43,822 nt of DNA from the NCBI GenBank assembly GCA_040878255.1, contig JBBDMO010000008.1, forward strand, positions 1-43,822, read 5' to 3'. Numbering within the stretch: the stretch's first letter is position 1; each line of letters begins with the position of its first letter. The stretch is from Ilumatobacteraceae bacterium (GTDB lineage Bacteria > Actinomycetota > Acidimicrobiia > Acidimicrobiales > Ilumatobacteraceae). The notes beneath the pieces are model-generated. The model was given only the letters and a program-made list of their open reading frames with translations. It searched no databases and had not been told where the DNA came from. A program made the translations under genes and the position numbers. This document shows positions 1 to 9,031 of the stretch, in pieces.

Positions 1-25
1 GCTCACGTCGGGCCGGACTTCGGTC

Positions 26-31
26 TACCGT
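26..31 (+). promoter_or_regulatory. -10-like hexamer TACCGT, 6 nt upstream of the nudC GTG (leaderless candidate)
   Basis: The hexamer fits TANNNT. There is no Shine-Dalgarno between it and the start. Confidence 0.3.
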
Positions 32-37
32 GCGGGG

Positions 38-817
38 GTGCCTGATTTCCTCCCCATCTTCCGACCGCACGGCGATGTCTCGGTCCATCGCTACATCCAC
101 GTGATCGGGTCGTCGGTGTTCGTGTCCGACCGGGTCGAGATCGATGAGGCGCCCACCCACTTCATCGGGATGCATGGTGACGATGCGGTGTGGGCCGTCG
201 ACGTGCCACGGGGCGAGGACCCGTCGTACGGCGCGGCCAGCGACCTGTTCACCTACTTTGGACGGTCGAGTGAGGTCGAATGGGCGATCGCCGGCCGGGC
301 GGTGCAGCTCACCGAGTGGCTGCGCACGCACCGGTTCTGTGGCCGCTGCGGCACGCCGACCGAGCTGTCCGACAGCGACCGCTCGATGAAGTGCCCCGCC
401 TGCGGCTTGCCCGCCTACCCGCGTCTTGCCCCGGCGATGATCACGCTCGTCACCCGTGGCGAGCCCGGTCCCGATCAGGAGGCGCTGCTGGCTCGTGGTG
501 TCGCGTTCCGGGCACCGATGTACAGCTGCCTCGCCGGTTTCGTCGAGGCTGGTGAGTCGCTCGAGCAGTCGGTCATCCGCGAGGTGCGCGAAGAGGTCGG
601 TGTCGAGGTCGTGAACCCGCGCTACTGGGGCAGCCAGCCGTGGCCGTTCCCGCACAGCCTGATGATCGGCTTCACCGCCGAATGGGCCAGCGGCGACATC
701 GTGTGCGACCCGTCCGAGATCATGGACGCAAACTGGTACCGCAAGGACGATCTGCCGAGCATCCCGCCACACATCTCCATCGCCCGCAAGCTCATCGACG
801 CCTGGCTCGCCGACTGA
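38..817 (+). CDS. nudC: NAD+ diphosphatase / NADH pyrophosphatase (Nudix hydrolase with zinc ribbon)
   Basis: 259-aa ORF with a GTG start. A zinc ribbon (CGRCG...CPACG) is followed by the Nudix box GFVEAGESLEQSVIREVREEVGV, which is the NudC domain order. Confidence 0.85.
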   Translation: MPDFLPIFRPHGDVSVHRYIHVIGSSVFVSDRVEIDEAPTHFIGMHGDDAVWAVDVPRGEDPSYGAASDLFTYFGRSSEVEWAIAGRAVQLTEWLRTHRFCGRCGTPTELSDSDRSMKCPACGLPAYPRLAPAMITLVTRGEPGPDQEALLARGVAFRAPMYSCLAGFVEAGESLEQSVIREVREEVGVEVVNPRYWGSQPWPFPHSLMIGFTAEWASGDIVCDPSEIMDANWYRKDDLPSIPPHISIARKLIDAWLAD

Positions 818-1037
818 GGATCACCAGCACGACCGCCGCCGCCAGCAAGGGCAGCGTGGTGCCGAGCCACACCGCCGTGACCGTGCGCCGTGCCGCCCCG
901 TCGCGAACCAGCGCCGTGGTGGCGTCCGACCCGCCGTCGCCGAGAACCAGCACGTTGCACGCGTGGGTCACGGCGAACGCCGCGCCCAGCACGACCCCTG
1001 CGACGGCGAGCAGCAGCATCGAGCGCTCGGGCGCCAC
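792..1037 (-). CDS. small membrane protein (two predicted TM helices), hypothetical
   Basis: 81-aa ORF with a GTG start, preceded by GGAG 7 nt upstream. It has two hydrophobic stretches (LLLAVAGVVLGAAFAV and LPLLAAAVVLVIL). It lies 12 nt after, and in the same frame as, the upstream membrane ORF. Confidence 0.4.
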   Translation of the reverse strand: MAPERSMLLLAVAGVVLGAAFAVTHACNVLVLGDGGSDATTALVRDGAARRTVTAVWLGTTLPLLAAAVVLVILSRRARRR

Positions 1038-1049
1038 GAGGCTGCTCCA

Positions 1050-1844
1050 TCAGCGAGGCGGCGAGGCGGCCGGGTCGGTGTGGACGGCGGGCCCGGGCAG
1101 CGGCGCAGCGGAGGGGGGCCGCGCAGCGAGCACCCACGTCGGCATCGGTGCCGGCCAGGGCGACGGGCGCATCGCATGGTCGAGCACGGCGACGGCGCCT
1201 GCCGCGACGCTGGCCGCGGCGAGTGTGCCGGCGAGGCCCAGCACGGTCGCGACGCAGAATGCCATGAGCCATGGCAGCGAGGCCGGCCCGTCGCCGCTGA
1301 CCTCGGCGACGATCAGCAACCCGGCCCACACCGCTGCCGCCACGACGCCGGCCGCGAGCGCTACAGCGGCGTGCTGGGGGACCGTGCCGGCGACGTGGTC
1401 GCGCGGCGCTCGGCGCCCGGTGATGCGAGGTGTCGCCCAGCCGATGATCGGCGCGGCCACCACACAGGGAATGACGAGGGCCACGAGGACGACGCCGACG
1501 GCCATGGCGGGGATCGCTCGCCACCAGTCCTTCGCGGCGCGCCGTGACGAGGCCCGCATGGCGTCGCGGGCGCCGATGTCGTCGGCGAGCACGAGGACCA
1601 TCGCCCCGTACACCACCACGGCGAGCACGAGGGCGAGCAGTGCCAACACCCACAGGCACACGACCGCCACCGTGTCGGCGGTCAGTGTGGGCGCCGGCTC
1701 GTCGTGGAAGGCGTAGCCGAAGATCCAGCCGTTCAGTTGGCCCACCGACGCGTACACGAACCCGGCCGCCGCCGAGGCGCACAGTGCCAGAACGACGAGT
1801 CGTCGAGCTCGCATCTGGAGCATCCGCCAGGCCGACTGAATCAT
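1050..1844 (-). CDS. multi-pass integral membrane protein, hypothetical
   Basis: 265 aa counted from the internal ATG at 1844 (MIQSAWRML...). The track ORF 1050..2222 extends over the peptidase 3' end with Arg/Pro-rich sequence. There are at least 5 long hydrophobic segments. I recognise no family. Confidence 0.55.
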   Translation of the reverse strand: MIQSAWRMLQMRARRLVVLALCASAAAGFVYASVGQLNGWIFGYAFHDEPAPTLTADTVAVVCLWVLALLALVLAVVVYGAMVLVLADDIGARDAMRASSRRAAKDWWRAIPAMAVGVVLVALVIPCVVAAPIIGWATPRITGRRAPRDHVAGTVPQHAAVALAAGVVAAAVWAGLLIVAEVSGDGPASLPWLMAFCVATVLGLAGTLAAASVAAGAVAVLDHAMRPSPWPAPMPTWVLAARPPSAAPLPGPAVHTDPAASPPR

Positions 1845-1894
1845 CGTCTGATCATGGCAGCCGAGCGGCGGGGCCGCCAGCGAACGAGCGGGCG

Positions 1895-3886
1895 TCAGGC
1901 GCCGAGCTTGTCGGCGAACCAGTCGAGGATGATCTCGGCGCGCTGCACCCGGTGCACCGGTGAGCCGCTGCGGGTGAGCTCGTGGCTCTCGCCGGGGAAG
2001 CGGTAGAAGTCGACCGGCTTGCCGAGCAGGCGCAGCGCCATGAACAGCTCCTCGGCCTGGTTGATCGGGCAGCGCAGGTCGTTTTCGCTGTGGATCAGCA
2101 GCATCGGGACTTCGATGTCGCGCACGAAGCGGACAGGCGAGAACGCGTGGTACTCGTCGGGGTCGTCGAGGTGCGAGGGGCCGACCTCGGTGCGGAAGAC
2201 CGAGCCGATGTCGCTCGACCATTCCTCGCTGATCATGTTGTTGACGGCGCGCTCGCTGCAGATTCCCTTGAACCGGTCGCTGTGGCGTCCGGCGAGCCAG
2301 GTGGCCATGAACCCGCCGTAGCTGCCGCCGAGCATGCCGACGCGGTCGGGGTCACAGAAGGTGAAGGTGGCCAGCGCGTGGTCGAGCACCGCGAGGACGT
2401 CGTCGACGTCGACACCGCCCCAGCCGGTGCCCGGCTTCGCGTGGTGCTTGCGACCGAGGATCGCCTGGCCCCACGCTTCCTCACGGCCGGATGAGCCGCG
2501 CGGGTTCGACATCAGCACGACGAAACCGGCCGCGGCCTGGAACTGCGCCTCGTCGAACATCGTCTCGCCGTACTGTGTGTGCGGGCCGCCATGGACGTTG
2601 AGCAGCACGGGGTACCGCTGCGCCGGGTCGAAGCCCGCGGGCCGCATGATCCAGGCATCGATGTGCGCGGTGCCGTCGGTGGAGGCAACGGCGAAGCGCT
2701 CCCAGGTCTGCGGCTGGGCGGCAGCTCGGAACCGGTCACCGAAGTCTGTCAGGCGAACGAGCTCGTGGTCGCGGAGCACGTACAGGTCGGCGACCGCGTC
2801 GACCGTGCCGACCGTGACAGCGATGGTGCCGCCCGCGGCGTCAAACATCTTCACGGTAAGGGCCCCGTGGGTGAGCGCCATCGGCGAGACGCCGTTGGTG
2901 GCGACGCGGTAGAGGTGCGTCTGGCCCGCGTCCTCTGCGGTGGTGAGCAGGGTGCCGGCGGCCTCCCACACGGGTGCACGGGAGCCGGCGGTGGTCTCGA
3001 ACGTGCGGTCGAGTCCCATCGACACGAAGCGGTGATTGCCGCCATCGGTCGGAACGACACCGATGCGGGCATTCTGTGGCGAGGTGGCCGGATCGTCGTG
3101 CCCGACGAAGGCGATCATGGTGCCGTCGGGTGAGACCGAGGGGCGGCCGTACATGCCGGTCTGCTTCGTGATAGCCGTGATGGTGCCGTCGAGGTCGACG
3201 CGGTAGGTGTCGGTCGCGAAGTCGAGGTCCCATGTGTCGTGGCGCGCCGCGGACGTGACCACACCGGACGAGTCGGGCAGCCAGCCGATGCCACCGTGCT
3301 GGAACTCGCCGGGCGTCAGGTTGCGCGGTGTGTCGGTGCCGTCGGCGCGCACCACGTAGACGTGGGTGGGGCGGTCGACGATCCAGCCCTCGTTGTCGAG
3401 GCGGCCGAAGAAGCGCTCGATCTTGCGGGGGGATTGCCAGCTCTCGTCTTTGGCGTCGTACCGCTCGTGACGCGTGCGACTGGTGAATGCGATGTGCGTG
3501 CCATCGGGGCTGAACGTCGGCTGCGCGATGCCGTCCTTCATGGTCGCCGCCGTGCGGGTCTCGCCCCCCGATGCGATCGGCATGAGGTGCAGCGTGGCCT
3601 CGCCCTTGTCATCGCCACGGTTCGAGGTGAACGCAATGGAACGACCGTCGGGGCTCCACGCAGGCTGCCCGTCGTGCTCGCCGGAGGTGATTGCGTGCGG
3701 GGCCATTAAGCCGTCTGCCGACGTGAGCCACACCTGGCTGAGGGAGCGGTTCTGCTCGACGTCGACCCGGGTGACGACGAAGGCGATGAGCGAACCGTCG
3801 GGCGACACCGCCGGAGAGCTGGCCTGGACGATCGCGCCCACGATCCGTTGCGCGATGGCGGCGTGCTTGCTGGGAGGCGTTGGCAT
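1895..3886 (-). CDS. S9 family serine peptidase (acylaminoacyl-peptidase / prolyl oligopeptidase family)
   Basis: 663 aa from ATG 3886. The N-terminal region has repeated SPDG..IAF beta-propeller-type motifs. The C-terminal alpha/beta hydrolase domain has the GGSYGG nucleophile elbow and a GESHEL His region. The 804-aa track ORF has a spurious N-terminal extension. Confidence 0.85.
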   Translation of the reverse strand: MPTPPSKHAAIAQRIVGAIVQASSPAVSPDGSLIAFVVTRVDVEQNRSLSQVWLTSADGLMAPHAITSGEHDGQPAWSPDGRSIAFTSNRGDDKGEATLHLMPIASGGETRTAATMKDGIAQPTFSPDGTHIAFTSRTRHERYDAKDESWQSPRKIERFFGRLDNEGWIVDRPTHVYVVRADGTDTPRNLTPGEFQHGGIGWLPDSSGVVTSAARHDTWDLDFATDTYRVDLDGTITAITKQTGMYGRPSVSPDGTMIAFVGHDDPATSPQNARIGVVPTDGGNHRFVSMGLDRTFETTAGSRAPVWEAAGTLLTTAEDAGQTHLYRVATNGVSPMALTHGALTVKMFDAAGGTIAVTVGTVDAVADLYVLRDHELVRLTDFGDRFRAAAQPQTWERFAVASTDGTAHIDAWIMRPAGFDPAQRYPVLLNVHGGPHTQYGETMFDEAQFQAAAGFVVLMSNPRGSSGREEAWGQAILGRKHHAKPGTGWGGVDVDDVLAVLDHALATFTFCDPDRVGMLGGSYGGFMATWLAGRHSDRFKGICSERAVNNMISEEWSSDIGSVFRTEVGPSHLDDPDEYHAFSPVRFVRDIEVPMLLIHSENDLRCPINQAEELFMALRLLGKPVDFYRFPGESHELTRSGSPVHRVQRAEIILDWFADKLGA

Positions 3887-3895
3887 AATCTGAAG

Positions 3896-3901
3896 ACGGT
3901 A
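3896..3901 (-). promoter_or_regulatory. -10-like hexamer TACCGT, 9 nt upstream of the S9 peptidase ATG
   Basis: The minus strand reads GGCTACCGTcttcagattATG. There is no Shine-Dalgarno. Confidence 0.3.
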
Positions 3902-3937
3902 GCCGGAACTTTTGTGCCATGTGCCAGGATCGATGGG

Positions 3938-4672
3938 GTGGAACGAACCAATTTGCTCGCTGCGCTGGTGCGCGACGGCGAGGCATTCGCCCGTGCGTGT
4001 GATGAGGCGGGTGCCGACGCCCCGGTCGCCTCGTGCCCGGGTTGGACTGTCGACGACCTGCTCTGGCACCTCACCGAGGTGCAGCACTTCTGGCGCTGGG
4101 TCCTGGCCGAGCGCGCCGTCACACCCGACGCCTACGTCGAGCCGGAACGGCCGAGCGGTGATGCGCTGACGACCGTGTACCGCTCCGGGCTCGAAGCGCT
4201 GGTGACCTCGCTCCGCGACACGCCGCCCGACGCCGCGATCTGGACGTGGACGTCGGACCACAGCGCCGGTTGGCTGGTGCGTCGCATAGCGCACGAGACG
4301 GCGGTCCACCGCTGGGACGCCGAAGTCGCTGCCGGGTCACCGCTGGCGATCGACGCCACATTGGCGAGCGACGGCATCGACGAGTTCCTCACCTGGTTCC
4401 TCTCGCCGGCCGACCACGCCGAACCGGTGGGCGGCTCGGTGCACATCCACTGCAGCGACGTGGCGGGGGAGTGGACGCTGCGTCCGACGGGCGACGGCTT
4501 CGGCAACGGCTTCGACATGACCCGTGAGCATGCCAAGGGCGACTGCGCGCTGCGCGGGTCGGCCAGTGACCTGTTGCTGACGTTGTGGCGGCGTCAGCCT
4601 CCGTCGTCAATCGACGTCGTCGGTGATGCCGACGTCGCCGCCCGCTTCATCGCCTGGCCCGCCCTGTCCTGA
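3938..4672 (+). CDS. mycothiol-dependent maleylpyruvate isomerase-like (DinB/MDMPI_N, TIGR03083-type) protein
   Basis: The N-terminus (CPGWTVDDLLWHLTEV ... HETAVHRWD) is typical of actinobacterial DinB-fold metal-binding proteins. I set the start at the in-frame GTG 3938. GTG 3914 is an alternative. Confidence 0.7.
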   Translation: MERTNLLAALVRDGEAFARACDEAGADAPVASCPGWTVDDLLWHLTEVQHFWRWVLAERAVTPDAYVEPERPSGDALTTVYRSGLEALVTSLRDTPPDAAIWTWTSDHSAGWLVRRIAHETAVHRWDAEVAAGSPLAIDATLASDGIDEFLTWFLSPADHAEPVGGSVHIHCSDVAGEWTLRPTGDGFGNGFDMTREHAKGDCALRGSASDLLLTLWRRQPPSSIDVVGDADVAARFIAWPALS

Positions 4673-4732
4673 CGTCCCCCGCTCGTGGTGAGCGATGAGT
4701 GGCGGAGAGCCTCCCACCCCTCACCGCATCGG

Positions 4733-5776
4733 TTATTCGGCGATGCCGACGGGTTGGTCGTCGATGATCTGGTCGAGGTACTCGCTGAGGCCGTAGCCGA
4801 CACGGCCGGCGTATTCGCCGGACTCGACGGTCCACTTGGTCATGCCCTCGCTGATGCGTGTCATCAGCCAGTTGCCGTCGGGGTCCTGGCGGCGGTTGCG
4901 CAGCGGGATGAGGTCCATCACCTCGCCGGTGAACTGCCATTCCTTGCCCGAACGCGACGACTTCAGGAGGCCGGTGATGCGGTCGTGGTACGACTCGTCG
5001 CCACGCGTCTCGGTGGTGATGGAGACGTCGTCGCAGTAGTGCATCTGGCCGTTCTCCCACACGAACCCGCCACGCGTGCCGGGACCGTCCTTCTTCGCGA
5101 CACGACTGGCCATGAAGCCGAAGTTCTGGTCGACGTTGGCGGTGAGCCAGCGGTAGTACCACGGCGCCTGCCAGTAGCGCGGGCCCCACGAGTGGTCGCG
5201 CAGGCCGTGCCCGTCGATCTCCCACTCGCGGTCGCCGACTCTGATGGTGCCGCGGGCCTGGACGAGTTGCTCGTAGTGGCCCTTCGCGAACTCCTCGCCC
5301 GGGGTCTCGTGCGGGGTGTCGGGCTCGCCGCCGAACATGCTCGGCTTGCCCTGGCCGGTGAAGGTGATGTGCGCCTCACACTCGGCGTACGGGTTGTTCT
5401 TGAACGCCTCACGAGGGTTCGCCATCTGCTCGGGCTCGTCGAGCAGCACGACTTTGCCGGCGTAGTCGATGTGCAGTTCCTCGAACGGCGTCACGATCGT
5501 CCACGTCAGGCCGCCAGCATCGAACGCGTCGTTGTTGTCGATCGCCGGGCGCTTGTACATGAAGCCCACGCTGCGACCGGGCTGACCGTCGACCGGTGGC
5601 AGGTACAGGCACACCGTCATCTCGGCGTAGCCCTCGTTGGCGCGGTTGCCGATGCGGAACCAGCCACCGACCTGCTGGGCGGGGTCGAAGCAGTTGATGT
5701 ACATGCTTTCGTTGAAGTTCGGCTCGGGGCCGAGCTCGTGCATGTACTCGTCGGACGGGTCGAGACGGACGGCCAT
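4733..5776 (-). CDS. conserved hypothetical beta-rich protein, possibly AttH/CrtC (hydroxyneurosporene synthase-like) superfamily
   Basis: 347 aa from ATG 5776 with a TAA stop. The motif IDGHGLRDHSWGPRYW resembles the G-x-G-x-x-DH-x-WG signature of AttH/CrtC-like proteins. The protein has no TM segment. Confidence 0.55.
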   Translation of the reverse strand: MAVRLDPSDEYMHELGPEPNFNESMYINCFDPAQQVGGWFRIGNRANEGYAEMTVCLYLPPVDGQPGRSVGFMYKRPAIDNNDAFDAGGLTWTIVTPFEELHIDYAGKVVLLDEPEQMANPREAFKNNPYAECEAHITFTGQGKPSMFGGEPDTPHETPGEEFAKGHYEQLVQARGTIRVGDREWEIDGHGLRDHSWGPRYWQAPWYYRWLTANVDQNFGFMASRVAKKDGPGTRGGFVWENGQMHYCDDVSITTETRGDESYHDRITGLLKSSRSGKEWQFTGEVMDLIPLRNRRQDPDGNWLMTRISEGMTKWTVESGEYAGRVGYGLSEYLDQIIDDQPVGIAE

Positions 5777-5810
5777 GTCGGAACCGTACCGAACCCGCCG
5801 GAGCAGGTCG

Positions 5811-7610
5811 TCAGCGTGCGCCTGCCCCACCACCACCGAAGCCGGAACCGCCGCCGCCGAACGACGCACCACCACCCGCGCCGCTGGTGTTCGGCGTGGC
5901 CGCCGTGATGATCGACGATGTCGACACCTCGATCGCATCGAAGCCGTCGAAGCGGCGGTTCGTGCCGACGTACCACAGGCCGAACGCCGGGTTGTTGAGC
6001 ACCTCTGGTACGCGCACGGCCATCCCTCGTACGAGATCGGCGGACACGCCGAGTGCCACCGCGTACACGAGGTACCGCTCCCACAGGATCAGGTGACCGA
6101 CCGGAGCGTCCTCGAGCCGCGAGAAATCCTCCAGGTACCGCTTCAGTCCAGCGGCCTTGGCAGCCGCCTCGACACCGGCCTGTGTGCGGTTCGACAGCAG
6201 ACGCAAGCCGGCAATCGCGATGCCCGCTGCTGCGGCGACACCGAACCAGCCGAAACCGTTGCCCGTGTAGATCGTGACGCCGATCGACAGTAGGACCACA
6301 GCGGCGCACACACCACCGAGCGTCAGCATTGCGCGGCCGCCCGTCGAGGTCTCGTACTTGCGAGTCGTGTATTCGGCCTTGACGCCGGCGGTGACGGCGT
6401 CGAGCAGCCGCTTGGCCTCGCTCTGGTTCTTCTGCGCCCAGTCCTGGAGGTCCTGCGAGGTCGTTTCTGCCACCCCACGGAACACCATGTCGACGACGCG
6501 CTGCTCGTAGGGCAGCACGTCGGGTCCAAAGGGCTTCCCCGCCCACCGGTAGCGGTGCATGGTGGCATCGGGACCCAGCCGATCGACGCGCTCGCCGGTG
6601 ATCGTCAGGTAGCCGCGCTGCGCGAGATCGACGATCGTGCCCGAGATCGTGTGGGCGGCATCGATGGTGCCGCGACGCAGGTTCGCGATTGCCACTGCCG
6701 GTGGCTCGTCGAGCGGTTCACGCCAGTAGTCGCCCAGCACCTCGGCGCTCTTCTTCTCACGGCCCGACGTGAACCACAGCGCCCCGAGGCCGAGAGCCCC
6801 GAGCGCACTGACGATCGGTGTGAGCACCCAGGCGAGGCCGTGCCTGGCGTTGGATTCCTGTTGGCCGTCACCTTCGGCAATGAAGCCACGTTCCTCTGCC
6901 AGGATCGAAGCAAGTAGGGGTGTGGTGGACGGCGCGGCGGTGAAGGCACTCACCGGTGCCACCGCCCGGAGACCCATGAACTGGCCCTCGGACAGGTCGC
7001 TGGCGGTGGCACGCACCGTCGAGACGTCGACCGTCACGAGTCCCGTGCCGACAGGACCGTGCAGGAAGCCGCGTAGCACCGACGCGTCATCGTCGGCCAC
7101 GCCCGGCAGCGCTGGCGTGACGGTCGCAACGAACCGGATCGTCACATCTGCGGAAGTGATTCCGGGGTGATCGGTGCCGATCGGCTCCCAGTTCACATCA
7201 CCGACGTCGGAGCCGATCACAGCGATGTCCCGGACGACGTACGTCAGTGTGAACGTCTGCAACGCATCGGAAACCGGGCCGCGAAGAGTCCACTCCCACT
7301 GCCCACTGATCGAATCCGCCGGCGCCACCACGGAGAGCGGCCCCTGGTCATCGGCTGCCGAGAACGACTCCACCTGCTCGAGGCCGCGGTCGAACGAACG
7401 GATGCCGACCGTGAACGGGCCACCGCGGAAGTCGTAGGTGAGTTGCTCGGTGACGGTCATCGAACCATCGAGGTTCACCAGTCCGTCAGCCACCCACGCA
7501 GCGAACGAGAAGGACTTGTCGGCTGCAGCGGCCGGTGGTCCGGACAGCGCGCCGAAGAGCCCGACGGCCGTCAGCAAGGCGGCCACCAACGCCAACGCTC
7601 GGCGGATCAC
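5811..7610 (-). CDS. DUF2207 domain-containing membrane protein
   Basis: It has a signal/TM N-terminus, a large extracytoplasmic domain, a cluster of C-terminal TM helices and the Gly-rich tail GGGASFGGGGSGFGGGGAGAR. I moved the start to GTG 7610, which overlaps the upstream stop as GTGA. Confidence 0.75.
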   Translation of the reverse strand: MIRRALALVAALLTAVGLFGALSGPPAAAADKSFSFAAWVADGLVNLDGSMTVTEQLTYDFRGGPFTVGIRSFDRGLEQVESFSAADDQGPLSVVAPADSISGQWEWTLRGPVSDALQTFTLTYVVRDIAVIGSDVGDVNWEPIGTDHPGITSADVTIRFVATVTPALPGVADDDASVLRGFLHGPVGTGLVTVDVSTVRATASDLSEGQFMGLRAVAPVSAFTAAPSTTPLLASILAEERGFIAEGDGQQESNARHGLAWVLTPIVSALGALGLGALWFTSGREKKSAEVLGDYWREPLDEPPAVAIANLRRGTIDAAHTISGTIVDLAQRGYLTITGERVDRLGPDATMHRYRWAGKPFGPDVLPYEQRVVDMVFRGVAETTSQDLQDWAQKNQSEAKRLLDAVTAGVKAEYTTRKYETSTGGRAMLTLGGVCAAVVLLSIGVTIYTGNGFGWFGVAAAAGIAIAGLRLLSNRTQAGVEAAAKAAGLKRYLEDFSRLEDAPVGHLILWERYLVYAVALGVSADLVRGMAVRVPEVLNNPAFGLWYVGTNRRFDGFDAIEVSTSSIITAATPNTSGAGGGASFGGGGSGFGGGGAGAR

Positions 7611-7873
7611 CAGAGTTCGAGTTGCTCCCACGTGGTCGCCACGTCGCTGACGAGTTGCCATCTCAGCCGTCCTCTGCTTCCTGGTCGTTTCACCTCGACG
7701 GCATGCGGCCGCAGGTTGCGGGCGGATCCTTCGGGGTCGAACAGCTTGATGCTGCCATCGGGTGCGATGCCAGCCATGCGTCCTTCGATCCAGCGACCGG
7801 TGCCGTTCTTGCGGAATCGGATCGGTTCACCGGAGCGGAGCCCCAACCGTTCGAGCACGATCGAATCGGTCAC
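7607..7873 (-). CDS. 88-aa soluble hypothetical protein
   Basis: The ORF sits 6 nt downstream of the SDR stop, and its stop overlaps the DUF2207 start (GTGA). It has no TM segment. I recognise no family. Confidence 0.55.
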   Translation of the reverse strand: MTDSIVLERLGLRSGEPIRFRKNGTGRWIEGRMAGIAPDGSIKLFDPEGSARNLRPHAVEVKRPGSRGRLRWQLVSDVATTWEQLELW

Positions 7874-7879
7874 GTGGCG

Positions 7880-8701
7880 TCAGCCGAGCATCCGCGCCTG
7901 CAGCTTGCGCATGCCGGCCAGCCAACGGTCGTGGTCGCCGGCCTTGCGTTGCAGGTACGTGAGGACCTCGGGGTGCGGCAGGATCAGGAACTGCTCGGCC
8001 TCGATGGCGGCGAGCACCACGTCGGCCACCTCGGCCGGCTCGAGTACGCGGCCAGCGGCCCTGACCACGTTGCTGCCGATGTTGTCGCCGCCCAGATCGC
8101 CGCCGTTCAGCATGTTCGTGTTGACCCCCTGCGGACACAGGCAGCTGACCCGCACGCCCTGGTCGCCGTAGGTGATGCTGAGCCATTCGGCGAAGGCGAC
8201 GGCTGCGTGTTTGGTGACCGAGTAGGGGGCGGAGCCGATCTGGCTGAGCAGGCCGGCCGCCGACGCGGTGGAGCAGAAGTAGCCCTCACCCCGTTCGAGC
8301 CAGCCCGGCATCAGCCGCTTGGCCGCCCACCGATGGGCGTGGGTGTTGACGTCGAACGCCGTCTGCCACACGTCTTCGGGCGTGTCGAGCAGGCCGCCGA
8401 TGCCCACACCGGCGTTGGCGAAGAACAACTCGACCGGCCCGAACGCCTCCTCGGCTGCGGTGATGAGCGAGATGTTGCCCGCCTCGGTGCCGACGTCGGC
8501 GCTCAGGCCGATCGCGCTGCCGGGGCGAATGGCGTCGAGCGCTTCGGCCGTGCGACGTGCGCCGTCACCGTGCAGATCGGCCGCCACCACCCGTGCGCCG
8601 GCACGGTGGAACCGCTCTGCCAGCGCCTTGCCGATGCCCCCCGCAGCACCCGTGACCACCACATGACGTCCGTCGAGCTCCATCCGTGTGATCGTAGGCA
8701 T
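7880..8701 (-). CDS. SDR family oxidoreductase
   Basis: Contains VVVTGAAGGIGKALA (TGxxxGxG Rossmann motif) and YSVTKHA (YxxxK). I chose the ATG at 8701. ATG 8683 is an alternative. Confidence 0.85.
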   Translation of the reverse strand: MPTITRMELDGRHVVVTGAAGGIGKALAERFHRAGARVVAADLHGDGARRTAEALDAIRPGSAIGLSADVGTEAGNISLITAAEEAFGPVELFFANAGVGIGGLLDTPEDVWQTAFDVNTHAHRWAAKRLMPGWLERGEGYFCSTASAAGLLSQIGSAPYSVTKHAAVAFAEWLSITYGDQGVRVSCLCPQGVNTNMLNGGDLGGDNIGSNVVRAAGRVLEPAEVADVVLAAIEAEQFLILPHPEVLTYLQRKAGDHDRWLAGMRKLQARMLG

Positions 8702-8824
8702 GCCCCATTCCGAAACGCGACCTTCACGGTACGATGCCCACATCAGTCCCGGTTGGAGCGTTACGGTCTGAACAGGGCAACGGGGTGCCGTTTCGGCGAC
8801 ACCCCCACAGGGCAAGGAGACACG

Positions 8825-8998
8825 ATGACCGAGACCAACGAAGCCGTCATCCACGAGGCGCTGACCGTCATCGACAAGGCGCTCTCGCAGATGATGTCCC
8901 GCGAACTGGTGTCGACCGGTGAGGTCACCGACGTCCTCCTCGACGTTCGTTCGCTGCTCACGATGCCCGCCCCGGTTCCGGCCGTCGCCCAGTCCTGA
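8825..8998 (+). CDS. 57-aa hypothetical protein (predicted helical)
   Basis: ATG start preceded by AAGGAG 5 nt upstream. By hand count, most third codon positions are G/C, as in the confident genes. I recognise no family. Confidence 0.55.
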   Translation: MTETNEAVIHEALTVIDKALSQMMSRELVSTGEVTDVLLDVRSLLTMPAPVPAVAQS

Positions 8999-9031
8999 TC
9001 CGCCGTGCGTTCGGGCTCCGGCCCGGGTGCT

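Noticed and set aside
1038-1052. An in-frame TGA (1050-1052) separates the 265-aa and 81-aa membrane ORFs, which share a reading frame. This could indicate a pseudogene, stop-codon readthrough or selenocysteine.
   Set aside because: A GGAG sits 7 nt upstream of the GTG at 1037, which fits an independent coupled small gene. There is no SECIS-like context and no reason to expect Sec in a TM protein. The Pro-rich C-terminus of the upstream ORF looks like a natural end. Only comparison with orthologues can settle this.
622-1782. Long overlapping ORFs in alternative frames or on the opposite strand. Examples are 622..1782, 640..1716, 5617..6546, 7167..8171, the N-terminal part of 7535..8998, 9689..11449, 13452..14990, 19880..21835, 22028..23791, 25583..26980, 26766..27821, 40904..41929 and 43006..43737.
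   Set aside because: Their translations are Arg/Ala/Gly/Pro-rich low-complexity strings with no motifs. They lie antisense or out of frame to genes with clear family signatures. Stop-free shadow frames are expected at about 70% GC.
1895-4309. N-terminal extensions of track ORFs: 1895..4309, 4733..5938, 7880..8854, 10436..11914, 12658..13617, 13785..15416, 15935..17932, 19619..21352, 23656..25659, 25340..26197, 27048..28403, 28081..28974, 30849..31946, 35390..36877, 38682..40001, 39719..40900 and 40939..42231.
   Set aside because: The extensions overlap neighbouring genes and are compositionally biased. They precede the points where the recognisable family N-termini begin. In many cases the internal start gives an ATGA overlap or a plausible RBS.
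4687-4725. Hairpin between the convergent genes (GGTGAG...CTCACC with an inner GGAG/CTCC stem), considered as a bidirectional terminator.
   Set aside because: The outer stem has only 6 bp, with a large irregular interior. The inner stem has 4 bp and a 3-nt loop, and there is no U-tract. This is too weak to call.
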